A DNA stretch of 49,447 bases, from positions 1-49,447 of IMG/VR virus record IMGVR_UViG_3300031999_000037. One strand, given 5' to 3'. Positions 1 to 9,179 of this stretch are shown here, one piece after another (the first letter of the stretch is position 1; the number at the start of each line of letters is the position of its first letter). The stretch comes from a virus. Taxonomy: Duplodnaviria > Caudoviricetes. The notes under the pieces are model-generated. The model made no database searches. It was not told the origin of the DNA and saw only the letters and a list, made by a program, of their open reading frames with translations. Position numbers and translations under genes: made by a program.

Positions 1-127
1 CCTGTACCTCACTGAGGCAGAGGCTATCGACCTAGCGCACCTGTACGGCCTAGACGACATCGGAGCGCAAGAGATCATGGAAGCCGTCGAGACTGCATAC
101 CCGCCTGCTCTCGGGGAGGACGCATGA
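1..127 (+). CDS. 3' end of a hypothetical protein (partial)
   Basis: Open frame from nt 2 (LYLTEAEAIDLAHLYG...ALGEDA*); its stop overlaps the next ATG (ATGA). Confidence 0.55.
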   Translation, partial: LYLTEAEAIDLAHLYGLDDIGAQEIMEAVETAYPPALGEDA

Positions 128-133
128 GCGACC
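105..133 (+). repeat. 29-bp direct repeat, copy 1 (CTGCTCTCGGGGAGGACGCATGAGCGACC)
   Basis: Identical to 377-405; contains an SD and an ATGA stop/start overlap. Confidence 0.95.
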
Positions 134-399
134 ACGCGCCAGAGAGCGAGAGGTGGGAGGCGTTCCGGGCAACCGCGATTCCGGAAGTGCGAGTGTCGGT
201 GTCTACCGTGCTGCGTCCCTCGTCGGCGCTCGGTGATTTCGGTCGCTACTACGAGACGATGGCGTTCAGCTACGACCCTCCCGACCGCATCATCTGGCAG
301 TCGGCAGCACACCACGAGCGCGAGGCGAATAGGCAGCACGACCTCGCTGTCCGCTGGTTCAGCCGGAAGCTCGAAGCTGCTCTCGGGGAGGACGCATGA
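124..399 (+). CDS. hypothetical protein
   Basis: GGAGG SD, coupled by ATGA overlaps at both ends. Confidence 0.75.
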   Translation: MSDHAPESERWEAFRATAIPEVRVSVSTVLRPSSALGDFGRYYETMAFSYDPPDRIIWQSAAHHEREANRQHDLAVRWFSRKLEAALGEDA

Positions 400-405
400 G
401 CGACC
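377..405 (+). repeat. 29-bp direct repeat, copy 2
   Basis: Identical to 105-133. Confidence 0.95.
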
Positions 406-662
406 TATCAGCTACACCACAGGGCAGGATCGTGAAGGAGCCGAAGATGCGTGCCGACAAGGTCTGCGCGCGCAAGGACTGCAACGAGCCACTGAACGAG
501 TTGACCATACGAGCGGGCGACCCGTTCCACACCGCGCTCTGCGCGCGCGTCTACTACCAGGCCGCAACCGAGACCGACATCGAGCAGGAGGGCCGTCCCA
601 CCACCGCGCGGCCCGGCGGCTTCGAGGGCCTGGTCAAGCGCACGAACACGGAGCGCACGTGA
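396..662 (+). CDS. hypothetical protein (Cys/His, possible Zn-binding)
   Basis: SD plus ATGA overlap; CARKDC...HTALC. Confidence 0.7.
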   Translation: MSDLSATPQGRIVKEPKMRADKVCARKDCNEPLNELTIRAGDPFHTALCARVYYQAATETDIEQEGRPTTARPGGFEGLVKRTNTERT

Positions 663-805
663 TCCAACGGTGCGCCACGCACGGCAAGCGGGTCTGCATC
701 CGGTGCAAGTGGGCCGCGGTGCAGACCGCGCTGTTCCCGCTAGAGCACACGGTATGGGAGCGGGCGCCGGGCTTCTCGTGGGTAGCGCACCTCCTCGGTC
801 TGTAG
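659..805 (+). CDS. small hypothetical protein
   Basis: GTGA overlap with the previous stop, GGAG SD; CxxH...CxxC. Confidence 0.5.
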   Translation: MIQRCATHGKRVCIRCKWAAVQTALFPLEHTVWERAPGFSWVAHLLGL

Positions 806-896
806 CTGACTCGCTATAGTCCTCCTCGCCGAGAGGTCGGCCTCGCCATGCCCTGAATCTGATACGGGACGTGTGCGGCTCGTATAGTCCCGAGCG

Positions 897-1838
897 ATGG
901 TCACGAAGATGGACAAGCTCCTCATGCAGGAGATCAGCGGCGTCGACAACCCCGCCAACCAGCTTCCGGGCTGGATGGTGGCGAAGTCGCATGGCGCCTC
1001 GGGCCGCTCAGTCGGCCCCGACGTCGAATGGGACGTCGCTGCTGCCGAGGGCCGCATCCGCGAAGCGACGAAGGCAACCGCTGGGCCGAACCCGGCGTAC
1101 GCCTCCTGCTTCCTCTGGAGCGACGAGAAGGTCGAGAAGACCGCGCTCGGCGTACCGGGATCCTTCGGTGACTACAAGTTCCTCGTGTGCGACGTGGTCG
1201 ACGGCCAGGTGAAGGTCATGCCTGCCGCTCTCCGCGCAGCCGAGTCGAGGGCCGAGAAGAGCACGATCCCCCAGTCCGAGCGTGAGGCAGTGGTCAAGAC
1301 GGCCAAGGCTCTGCGCAAGGCTACGGATCTGCCCGAGGCTTACGACAGCGAGGAGGCCAGAAGCGTGGCGGGCAAGTTGCGCAAGCTCTTGTTCCCCACC
1401 GGAAAGGACGAGGTAGAGATGACAGCAGACGAACTGAACGCGCAGCTGGATGCACGCTTCGACGCATTCGCAGACGCGCTCGTCGCCAAGCTCGCCCCGG
1501 CCGCACCCGCCTCCTCGGATGGCGATGCGGAAGGCACGAACAAGGCAGAAGGTGAGGGTGAGACCGCAGAGGTCGCAGCCGTCGCCGAGGTCGCAACGGA
1601 GGGCGAGGCCGAAGAGGCCCTAACTCCCGAGGCGATCAGCAAGGCAATCGGTGATGCACTCGCCCCGTACAACGAGATCCTGGAGAAGGTTCTCGACCGG
1701 GTCGCGGGCATCGAAGACCGGTTCGCAGTCTCTTCGCGCAAGAGCCTCGATGGCCAGGAGGTCAACGAGACCGAAGAGGCGTCCACGCCGAACCTTGGTG
1801 ACGCAATCGCCAAGGCATTCAGCCGCACGAGCGGCTGA
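897..1838 (+). CDS. XkdF-like prohead protease/scaffold protein
   Basis: N-terminal EISGVDNPAN motif, acidic scaffold-like C-terminus with RKSLDG, directly upstream of the capsid gene. Confidence 0.7.
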   Translation: MVTKMDKLLMQEISGVDNPANQLPGWMVAKSHGASGRSVGPDVEWDVAAAEGRIREATKATAGPNPAYASCFLWSDEKVEKTALGVPGSFGDYKFLVCDVVDGQVKVMPAALRAAESRAEKSTIPQSEREAVVKTAKALRKATDLPEAYDSEEARSVAGKLRKLLFPTGKDEVEMTADELNAQLDARFDAFADALVAKLAPAAPASSDGDAEGTNKAEGEGETAEVAAVAEVATEGEAEEALTPEAISKAIGDALAPYNEILEKVLDRVAGIEDRFAVSSRKSLDGQEVNETEEASTPNLGDAIAKAFSRTSG

Positions 1839-1851
1839 GGAAGGAGCAGCA

Positions 1852-2814
1852 ATGCTGAGCACAGAAGAGCTGCTTCGCAAGGCCGTTCTCAACGTAACGG
1901 GTAACCCCGCCGGTGAGACGACGGACTTCGGCGGAGCGGGCCAGGCACCACTGAGCATCGAGCAGGTGACCACGTTCATCGCTCTCATGAGCGCCGGACA
2001 GGTCGTCCTGCCACGTGTCCGCAAGGTCACGTCGAACGCGCAGAAGTGGCAGGAGAGCATCGTCGACCTGAACACGCGGGTCGCACGACCGGGCACGGAA
2101 GGTACGCGCCTCGGCTCCGCAGAACGCAAGAAGCCGACCACGGGCATCGTGGAGATCAGCACGTCGCTGGTTCGCGCCGAGATCCCCGTGACCGATGAGG
2201 TCATGGAGGACAACGTCGCTGGGCCTGCGTTCCTCTCCACGCTGGAGAACCTGATCGCCGACCGGTTCGGGTACGACCTGGAGGATCTCTTCCTCAACGG
2301 AGACACCCTCTCGGGCGACACCCTGCTGGCCATGTTCAACGGGTGGATCAAGCAGGTCAAGACCAGCGGCGCTGCGATCAACGCAGCGGCGTACGGGCAG
2401 GACTACCAGGAGATCTTCCGAGCGCTCCTGGAGACCGTGAACGTCCGGTTCCTGCGCGCCCTCCAGACCAACGGGGCGTTCTACATCCCCAAGTCCGCCG
2501 AGATCAAGTACCGGGACATCCTCGCGTCCCGCGGTACCTCCCTCGGTGACCTGGCGCTGACGACGCAGAACACGCTGGCCTACCAGGGCATCGCCCTGAT
2601 CGGCGTGCCCGCGATGAACCAGACCAGCACGTCGAGCATCCTGCTCGCGACGGACACGAACCTCTACGCCGGGTTCCACCGGAACATGCGGTTCGAGACC
2701 TACCGCGATGGCCGCGAGGGTATCACCAGCTTCCTGGTGACGGCCCGCGTGGACGCGAAGGTTGCGGTGCCTACCGCCGCGGCAGTCGCGTACAACGTCG
2801 ACGTGGCGGTGTAG
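1852..2814 (+). CDS. major capsid protein (HK97 fold)
   Basis: AAGGAG SD; motifs IPVTDEVMEDN, FGYDLEDLFLNGD, NGWIK, ARVD; ~320 aa. Confidence 0.9.
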   Translation: MLSTEELLRKAVLNVTGNPAGETTDFGGAGQAPLSIEQVTTFIALMSAGQVVLPRVRKVTSNAQKWQESIVDLNTRVARPGTEGTRLGSAERKKPTTGIVEISTSLVRAEIPVTDEVMEDNVAGPAFLSTLENLIADRFGYDLEDLFLNGDTLSGDTLLAMFNGWIKQVKTSGAAINAAAYGQDYQEIFRALLETVNVRFLRALQTNGAFYIPKSAEIKYRDILASRGTSLGDLALTTQNTLAYQGIALIGVPAMNQTSTSSILLATDTNLYAGFHRNMRFETYRDGREGITSFLVTARVDAKVAVPTAAAVAYNVDVAV

Positions 2815-2818
2815 CGAG

Positions 2819-3073
2819 ATGCCCGGCGGAGTGACACGAAGCACGCTCATCGCAGCGCCTCCCGCGCTGGTGCATGTCGAGGACGCCACCTTGGCGGCGT
2901 TCCTCACGGCACTGTCCGCTCCGAACTTCCAGACGATTGCGGATCAGAAGGCCATTTGGGCCGTCGCCGCATCGAACGCAGGCGCAGGCACAGCCGAAGC
3001 CTCATCTGGATCAAGCTACGTCGTCTCCGCGGCGGCGTACCGGCGGATCGTGAAGGGCCGCAACTACTCGTAG
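2819..3073 (+). CDS. hypothetical (possible capsid-associated) protein
   Basis: ATG 4 nt after the capsid stop; followed by a terminator. Confidence 0.65.
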   Translation: MPGGVTRSTLIAAPPALVHVEDATLAAFLTALSAPNFQTIADQKAIWAVAASNAGAGTAEASSGSSYVVSAAAYRRIVKGRNYS

Positions 3074-3098
3074 AACCGAGTAGGCGAGAACGAGCAAC

Positions 3099-3130
3099 CG
3101 AGGGCCGGGGCAACCCGGCCCTCGTCGTTG
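3099..3130. terminator. stem-loop terminator between convergent genes
   Basis: CGAGGGCCGGG-GCAA-CCCGGCCCTCG followed by TCGTTG. Confidence 0.75.
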
Positions 3131-3132
3131 CT

Positions 3133-3768
3133 CTACCAGCTGTTCATCGCGGCGCTGGTGCGGCGCAGGGCCTGCCCCAGCACACCGGTCGGGTCGGCGT
3201 CCACCCTGCGGCCGATACTCGGCGGCAGATCATCGATGAACGTAACCGGCGCACCGGCCCGCAGCATGCTGCGGATCTTCAGCTTCGTGCGCGCGTGCAG
3301 CGCGCCCGCGTGCTCGATGGCGTTGGTCGCCTCTGCGAGCCTGGCGATGGCGAGTGCGTACGTCGCGTTCGTCGCAGCCTGAAGGTCTGCGAGCGACATC
3401 GGATCCTCCCAGTTCGGCGAACGCTCGCCGGACTGGTTCAGGCCCACCTCCGGTAGACCGGCCCACGGCTCGTCGCCGCTGATCGTCTCCGGGATCACGA
3501 CTGGAGGCGCCTCCATCGTGACGTCGGACGGCTCCGGCTCCACGTCCACCGGCGCTGGGTCGAGCTTGACGATGGCGTCGGTCGTGGCCTGCGCGAACTG
3601 GACACCGAGCACGATGCACTCGGTCTCGGTCAGCCCCTCCACGTTCAGAGGCTCACCCGCCTGGTTCGTGAGCGGTACGGCAGGAGCCTTCGGCTTCGCC
3701 GGTGCCCTCTTCCTCGGTGCTGCTGTGCTTGGCTTCCGCTTGCGCGGTGCTGCCTTTGGCTGGGTCAT
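3133..3768 (-). CDS. hypothetical protein with basic N-terminus (AAPRKR repeats)
   Basis: AAAGGGG SD before MTQPK; fills the gap between the capsid operon and the GT cluster. Confidence 0.7.
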   Translation of the reverse strand: MTQPKAAPRKRKPSTAAPRKRAPAKPKAPAVPLTNQAGEPLNVEGLTETECIVLGVQFAQATTDAIVKLDPAPVDVEPEPSDVTMEAPPVVIPETISGDEPWAGLPEVGLNQSGERSPNWEDPMSLADLQAATNATYALAIARLAEATNAIEHAGALHARTKLKIRSMLRAGAPVTFIDDLPPSIGRRVDADPTGVLGQALRRTSAAMNSW

Positions 3769-3844
3769 CACGACCCCTTTCACGGCGCATCCCCGGTACG
3801 GGGCATCTTGCCTCACGGACTATGCTACCGTCCGTCTCGTCACC

Positions 3845-5065
3845 GTGTCCGATTCCGCAGCTGATCATATCTCGCTCCTCTTCCACGGCAACGCGCCGTG
3901 GGCCGGTACCGGCTACGGCACCCAGGCCGGGCTGTTCGGCCCGCTCCTCCATGAGCAGCTGGGCTACCGGCTCGCCTTCTCGGCCTTCTACGGTCTGCGC
4001 GGCGCCAAGCAGCGATGGCCTGCGAAGAGCGGCGTGGCCTACGACATCTACCCAGGCGCCAAGAACGTATACGGCAACGACGTACTCGTGGCGCACGCGA
4101 TGGACTGGTTCGAGGGCGGGCTGGGCAAGGGCCTGGTCATCACCCTCACCGATCCCTGGGTGCTCGACCCGAAGGTCTGCGCGCAACTCCCGGTGCTGGC
4201 CTGGACACCCATCGACCATAATCCGATCATGCCTCGCACCCTTGACTGGTTCCACCGCTCCGGTGCCACGCCTCTGGCGATGGCTGAGTTCGGCGTGGAG
4301 ATCATGAGGGACGCAGGTCTCGATCCGCTCTACGTTCCGCATGGCTATGACCCGGAGGTGTTCACCCCGCTCGGCGACCGGGCCGAAGTGCGCGAGCTTC
4401 TCGGCCTTCCGAAGGACGCGTTCATCGTGGGCATGGTCGCAGCCAACCAGGGCTTCCCGAGCCGTAAGGGGTTCTGCCAAGCGATTCAGGCGTTCGCCCA
4501 GCTGAAGGAGAACATCCCCGAGGCGGTGCTCTACTTGCACACGCTCATGGAGCCGGACGACGGCGAGAACCTCTACGCCATGTGCAACAGCCTCGGCGTG
4601 GTGCCGATGGTGTCCGATCAGTACAAGTACGCCACGGGCACCCCAGCGGTCTACGTCGCTGCGCTCCTCAACTGCTTCGACGTCCTGCTCAACCCGGCCT
4701 GGGGCGAAGGCTTCGGCCTGACCATGCTGGAGGCGCAGGCTTGCGGCACGCCGGTCATCGGCACGAACTTCTCGGCTACGCCGGAGGTCGCGCCCGCCGC
4801 GGTTGGCAACTGGCTCGTACCGGGGCAGGGCGTATGGACGGGCTTCGACTCATGGCAGAAGGAGCCGAACGTCGAGGCGATCACCTGGGCGCTGGAGCGG
4901 GCCTATGGCGAGCCGGATGCCGAGCGCCTGATGCGCCGCGTATCGGTCGCCAAGCACGCGAAGCAGTACGAGGCCGTGACCGTCACGGAGAAGTACTGGA
5001 AGCCCGCGCTGGAGACGGCGATCAACCGGAAGTCCTGGTCGTCACGAAGGGCGCCACGACCATGA
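3845..5065 (+). CDS. GT-B (GT4-like) glycosyltransferase
   Basis: TGYGTQ, WTPID, VPHG.D, RKG, EGFGLTMLEAQACGTPVI motifs; start codon uncertain. Confidence 0.92.
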   Translation: MSDSAADHISLLFHGNAPWAGTGYGTQAGLFGPLLHEQLGYRLAFSAFYGLRGAKQRWPAKSGVAYDIYPGAKNVYGNDVLVAHAMDWFEGGLGKGLVITLTDPWVLDPKVCAQLPVLAWTPIDHNPIMPRTLDWFHRSGATPLAMAEFGVEIMRDAGLDPLYVPHGYDPEVFTPLGDRAEVRELLGLPKDAFIVGMVAANQGFPSRKGFCQAIQAFAQLKENIPEAVLYLHTLMEPDDGENLYAMCNSLGVVPMVSDQYKYATGTPAVYVAALLNCFDVLLNPAWGEGFGLTMLEAQACGTPVIGTNFSATPEVAPAAVGNWLVPGQGVWTGFDSWQKEPNVEAITWALERAYGEPDAERLMRRVSVAKHAKQYEAVTVTEKYWKPALETAINRKSWSSRRAPRP

Positions 5066-5724
5066 TCATCTGGAAGGGCCGCGACCTGGAGGTCTACTGC
5101 CGCGAGGACACCTCGGACTGGAACACCGTGCAGGCCGCGGTGGGCGAGGACGAGTACGGCCTGGCCGAGATCGACATGACCGGCTTGCTGGTGTTCGACG
5201 TAGGCGCGCACATCGGTAGCGTCGGCCTGTGGTGCGCGGCGCGCGGGGCGCGCGTCGTGTGCGTCGAGCCGGTGCCCGACAACGCAGACCTGATCGAGCG
5301 CAGCGCCGAGTTGAACGGGCTGGCCCTGTCGGTCGAGCGCGCGGTTGCCGGGCTGGAGGGCACGGCCCACATCCGCTACGGCTTCCACCAGGACGCCACC
5401 GCCGAGCACCACGCCTTCATCGGATCCACCGACCCGTCCGTACACGACTGCCTGGAGGTCGAGGTTCCGAGCATCACGCTCGCCTGGCTCTGCGACCTGT
5501 ACGGCGTACCCGACATCATGAAGATCGACTGCGAGGGCGGCGAGTGGGCCTGGATCGACGAGCCTGCCATCCAGGACGTGCCGCTGGTCGTAGGCGAGTG
5601 GCATCCGGTAGCCGGGCACGAGCTTGCCGACTTCGACTACCGCATGAACCCGTACTTCTACGTCGAGTACACTGGGCCGGTCGCGGGGCCGGGCGGCTTC
5701 CGGGCAGGCTCGCGTCGTGAGTAA
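5062..5724 (+). CDS. FkbM-family SAM methyltransferase
   Basis: FDVGAHIG, VEP, MKIDCEGGE, GEWH. Confidence 0.9.
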   Translation: MIIWKGRDLEVYCREDTSDWNTVQAAVGEDEYGLAEIDMTGLLVFDVGAHIGSVGLWCAARGARVVCVEPVPDNADLIERSAELNGLALSVERAVAGLEGTAHIRYGFHQDATAEHHAFIGSTDPSVHDCLEVEVPSITLAWLCDLYGVPDIMKIDCEGGEWAWIDEPAIQDVPLVVGEWHPVAGHELADFDYRMNPYFYVEYTGPVAGPGGFRAGSRRE

Positions 5725-6745
5725 GCGCGTCCTGCTCTGCCTGTCGCACTCCATCGAGGAGTACGACCAGCTGAAGCTGCTCTCCGGGCTGGGCTACGAG
5801 GTGTCGAGCATCGGCGGCTACATCGATCCGCGGCACCCGCACGACCCGAAGCGCCCGGCTCTCGGTATCGATCAGGTCGACGTGGTGCGCGAGGCTGTCG
5901 ACGGCCAGAACCTGGACGACAACCTGGGCGAGGCGCAAGCCTGGATCCCGGATGCGATCCTGGAGTGGCTGGGGCCGACCGGCATCATCATCTTTCACCA
6001 CTACCTCGACCAGCGCCTTTGGCCGCAGTGGCATCACCTCCAGGACTGGATCGACGGCGGAGGCCGGGTCGTCTGGCGCACGGTCGGCCAGTCCGTTGAG
6101 CAGAACGAGAAGAACGCGGCCATGTTCCGAGACGTCGGTCTGGAGATCGTGCGCTACTCACCGCGCGAGGAGAACATCCCCGGCTACGCAGGGTCGGACG
6201 CGCTCATCCGTTTCTACAAGGATCCCGAAGAGTGGGGAGGCTGGACGGGCGAGGATCCGGTCGTAACGAACTTCACGCAGGAGCTTGCCCGGCGCCACCC
6301 GTGGACGAACTCCGAGTACTACATCGAGGCCACGCGAGGACTGGCTTGCGCACCCGCCGGGCCTGGATCCGAAGTGCTCCCCGGCGGCATGGGCATCCTC
6401 TCCTACGAGGACATGAAGGAGCGGCTACGCACCGCGCGCGCGTACCTGTACACCGGAACGCAGCCCGCCTCGTATACGCTCGGCTTGCTCGAAGCGCTGA
6501 TGACCGGCATCCCGGTGATCAGCATCGCGCCGAGCTACATGCAGATCTTCCCGTACGGCCCGAGCCTCTACGAGGGCGCCGACCTGTGCGGCGAGTCCTT
6601 CGAGCTTCCCTCGCACGCGCGCCTGCGCCTGGCCCAGCTGCTGGAGCGCCCCGACCATGCGTACAGCTACATCCAGCGCGAGGCCACGATTGCCGAGTTC
6701 GGGATCGATACCGTAGGCCGCGCCTGGGCCGAGTTCCTGGGGTGA
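5717..6745 (+). CDS. GT-B glycosyltransferase
   Basis: C-terminal SYTLGLLEALMTGIPVIS motif. Confidence 0.8.
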   Translation: MSKRVLLCLSHSIEEYDQLKLLSGLGYEVSSIGGYIDPRHPHDPKRPALGIDQVDVVREAVDGQNLDDNLGEAQAWIPDAILEWLGPTGIIIFHHYLDQRLWPQWHHLQDWIDGGGRVVWRTVGQSVEQNEKNAAMFRDVGLEIVRYSPREENIPGYAGSDALIRFYKDPEEWGGWTGEDPVVTNFTQELARRHPWTNSEYYIEATRGLACAPAGPGSEVLPGGMGILSYEDMKERLRTARAYLYTGTQPASYTLGLLEALMTGIPVISIAPSYMQIFPYGPSLYEGADLCGESFELPSHARLRLAQLLERPDHAYSYIQREATIAEFGIDTVGRAWAEFLG

Positions 6746-6750
6746 GCGGG

Positions 6751-7266
6751 ATGTCCGGGTACGGCTGGGAGCTTGAGCAGCTGGTGCGAGAGGTGCGCCG
6801 GGCCGAGACCATCGTTGAGATCGGTACGCACCGGGGCGGCAGCCTGCGCGTGTGGCGCAAGGAGTACGACCCGCTGGTGCTTATCGGGATCGACCCGTCG
6901 ACGCCGGAGACGGGCGCAGGATGGACGACGGACGAGACGGCGAACGAACTGCGCGCAACCATGATCCGGCTGCCGAGCCAGTCCGGCGATGCCATCGAGG
7001 CGACGTACGCCGCGCTTGACGGCCGATACGTCGACCTACTCTTCATCGATGGCGACCACACCTACGATGCCGTACACGAGGACTTCCGCTGCTACAGCCC
7101 GCTCGTGTCACCGGACGGCGTGATCGTCCTGGACGATGCGGTGCGTACGGACACCCCGGCGGACGATGGCCCGCGGCGGCTCTACAAGGAGTTGCGAAAC
7201 TTCCACCGTACTAAGCTCATCTACGACGGCCACGGCGGCACCGGCTTGGCGATGATCTGGCCGTGA
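6751..7266 (+). CDS. class I SAM methyltransferase (Methyltransf_24-like)
   Basis: VEIGTHRGGS, IGID, LFIDGDHTY, VLDD. Confidence 0.88.
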   Translation: MSGYGWELEQLVREVRRAETIVEIGTHRGGSLRVWRKEYDPLVLIGIDPSTPETGAGWTTDETANELRATMIRLPSQSGDAIEATYAALDGRYVDLLFIDGDHTYDAVHEDFRCYSPLVSPDGVIVLDDAVRTDTPADDGPRRLYKELRNFHRTKLIYDGHGGTGLAMIWP

Positions 7267-7862
7267 AGTACACGAAGGCTCTCCTGCTCGTTGCGCACCC
7301 GGACGACGAAGCGATCTTCGCGGGCAACCTGCTCTTCCACCACCCCGACTTCGACTGGCACATCGCCTGCGCCTCCGACGTCTCCTCGGAACGTCTCGTT
7401 GGCTGGCGCCGCTCCATCGACTGCCTACGCGAGCGCGGAGTCCAGGTCACGAACGCGATCCAGTTCGGACTTACGGACGTCGGCTCCGTGCCCCTCATCC
7501 CGGAGTGGTCGCACGCGCTGCGCATGAGGCTGCTGGGCCTGCTCCAGGATCACGACTACGACGTGATCTTCACGCACAACCGCGAGGGCGACTACGGCCA
7601 TACCCAGCACGCCGAGGTAGCGCGGATCGCGCTCTCGATGGCGGACTGCCCGGTGTGGGAGTGCGTCTACCCGTACGCCGAGCACGAGCAGTACCGCGGC
7701 GAGAACGTCCGCACCTACCCGCCGCACGACGACAAGTTCCTGCTGCTCCGAAACGCGTACCCTGCGGAGAGCGACCTGATACACGCCGCGCAGCCCGCGC
7801 TCATCGACTGGGCGTTCGCCGGGCGCGAGACCTGGACTTCCGACGAGAGGTGGCCGACATGA
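7263..7862 (+). CDS. PIG-L/LmbE-family N-deacetylase
   Basis: VAHPDDE and THN..GDYGH.QH motifs. Confidence 0.88.
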   Translation: MKYTKALLLVAHPDDEAIFAGNLLFHHPDFDWHIACASDVSSERLVGWRRSIDCLRERGVQVTNAIQFGLTDVGSVPLIPEWSHALRMRLLGLLQDHDYDVIFTHNREGDYGHTQHAEVARIALSMADCPVWECVYPYAEHEQYRGENVRTYPPHDDKFLLLRNAYPAESDLIHAAQPALIDWAFAGRETWTSDERWPT

Positions 7863-8890
7863 AGATCCTGGTTGACCGACACCACGCCGGGCTGCTCTAC
7901 TCCCTCCAGCTGCTGTTCGAGGATCGCTTCGGCATGGAGTTGTACGTTCCGGTCGGGCACGACTGGTGGGACGAGATGTACTGGCGATTCGGAGACGTGT
8001 TCGGAGACGACCGGCTCGCGCAGCAGTACCTCAACCCGAATCCTCCCTGGCAGGAGGATCCTCTCTGCGAGCACGGCGTAGGGAGTTATTTCACGCAGGA
8101 CGTTGAGTTCCCCGACCGGCTCGTACGCGGCTGCTCGCTCGCCCAGTTCCGGGCGCACCAGTTCGACTTCGTCATGGCGACCGTGCAAGAGAACCAGCCG
8201 GGCTTCTACAGGCTCGCGCAGGAGGCCGGAGCGAAGTACCTGCTCCAGGTCGGCAACCGCGGACAGCAGGTTGACTGGAACCTCGACCCGCTCGCGCTCG
8301 TCTCTGCCGAGGCACCGATCCGCGGGCGCGGCGTGCAGTACCACCAGGAGTACGCGAAGGACACCACCTTCCGCTTCGGCGATCCCGACATGCACGCCAG
8401 CCCGCGCGTGGTGCGCTCGTTCGTCAACTGCTTTGACCGCATCCCCACCGAGTACGCGCTCTTCCAGAGGTTCCGAGCGGCGGCTCCCAGCCTCATGTAC
8501 TTCGAGCACGGCCACGACGGCAAGGACGGCCTGGTGCAACCCACCTCCGTGATCGCGGAGGTGATGCGAGCCTCCGGCTGGGGCTACCACGACAAGCCGC
8601 AGGGCGACGGCTTCGGACACGTGATCCACTATTGGGCGTCGGTCGGGCGACCGCTCATCGGACACGCCTCGTACTACGACGGCCTGATGCCAGGGCCGCT
8701 GTGGGAGGACGGCGTGACCGCGGTGACTCTTGACAACCGCAGCCCCGAGGAAGCCGCCGCGCTGGTCGAGGAGATCTCCGGCGACCGCGCACGGTACGAG
8801 GCCATGTGCTTCGCCATCCGTGAGCGGGTCGACGGCCTGGTCGACTTCGAGGCCGAGGCCGCAGCCATCGCCCAGCTGCTCGGCCTGTAG
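7859..8890 (+). CDS. putative GT-B glycosyltransferase
   Basis: MKIL start; HDK..GDGFGHVIH..ASVGRPLI resembles the GT4 donor-binding motif. Confidence 0.72.
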   Translation: MKILVDRHHAGLLYSLQLLFEDRFGMELYVPVGHDWWDEMYWRFGDVFGDDRLAQQYLNPNPPWQEDPLCEHGVGSYFTQDVEFPDRLVRGCSLAQFRAHQFDFVMATVQENQPGFYRLAQEAGAKYLLQVGNRGQQVDWNLDPLALVSAEAPIRGRGVQYHQEYAKDTTFRFGDPDMHASPRVVRSFVNCFDRIPTEYALFQRFRAAAPSLMYFEHGHDGKDGLVQPTSVIAEVMRASGWGYHDKPQGDGFGHVIHYWASVGRPLIGHASYYDGLMPGPLWEDGVTAVTLDNRSPEEAAALVEEISGDRARYEAMCFAIRERVDGLVDFEAEAAAIAQLLGL

Positions 8891-8891
8891 C

Positions 8892-8939
8892 GGATCCCCC
8901 ATTCGAGGGGTTGCCTTCCGGGCCAGTTCCGACGATGCT
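8892..8939 (+). promoter_or_regulatory. conserved phage promoter, copy 1
   Basis: GGATCCCCCATTCGAGGGG-TTGCCT(-35)-N17-GATGCT(-10). Confidence 0.8.
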
Positions 8940-8945
8940 TGGTCT

Positions 8946-9125
8946 ACGCAGGAACAGGGTGCTGAGCGGCACCAGCCTCCAGCGGCAACACCAGGGTACG
9001 CGGAACACCTGGAGGACAGGCTAACGGGACGAGAACCACCCGGACAAATCCTTCAGCCGAAACCCCGACCGGCCCGGCGACACCCCGTAGAAGGCGTACG
9101 GTAACCCCGCCGGGCCGCTCTCGTC
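8946..9125 (+). ncRNA. structured non-coding RNA, Ms1-like candidate
   Basis: Promoter with no convincing ORF behind it; stems 8958-62/8969-73, 8976-82/9009-15, 9071-79/9108-16, 9085-89/9097-101; blocks resemble recalled Ms1 conserved segments. Confidence 0.6.
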
Positions 9126-9173
9126 GGATCCCCCATTCGAGGGGTTGCTTCCTGGGGCCGACCGACCGATACT
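9126..9173 (+). promoter_or_regulatory. conserved phage promoter, copy 2 (leaderless ligase mRNA)
   Basis: GGATCCCCCATTCGAGGGG-TTGCTT-N17-GATACT-N6-ATG. Confidence 0.85.
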
Positions 9174-9179
9174 AAGGCC

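Noticed and set aside
8730-9104. 124-aa ORF spanning the ncRNA candidate
   Set aside because: Starts inside the upstream GT gene and runs through the promoter; no start or SD downstream of the predicted TSS
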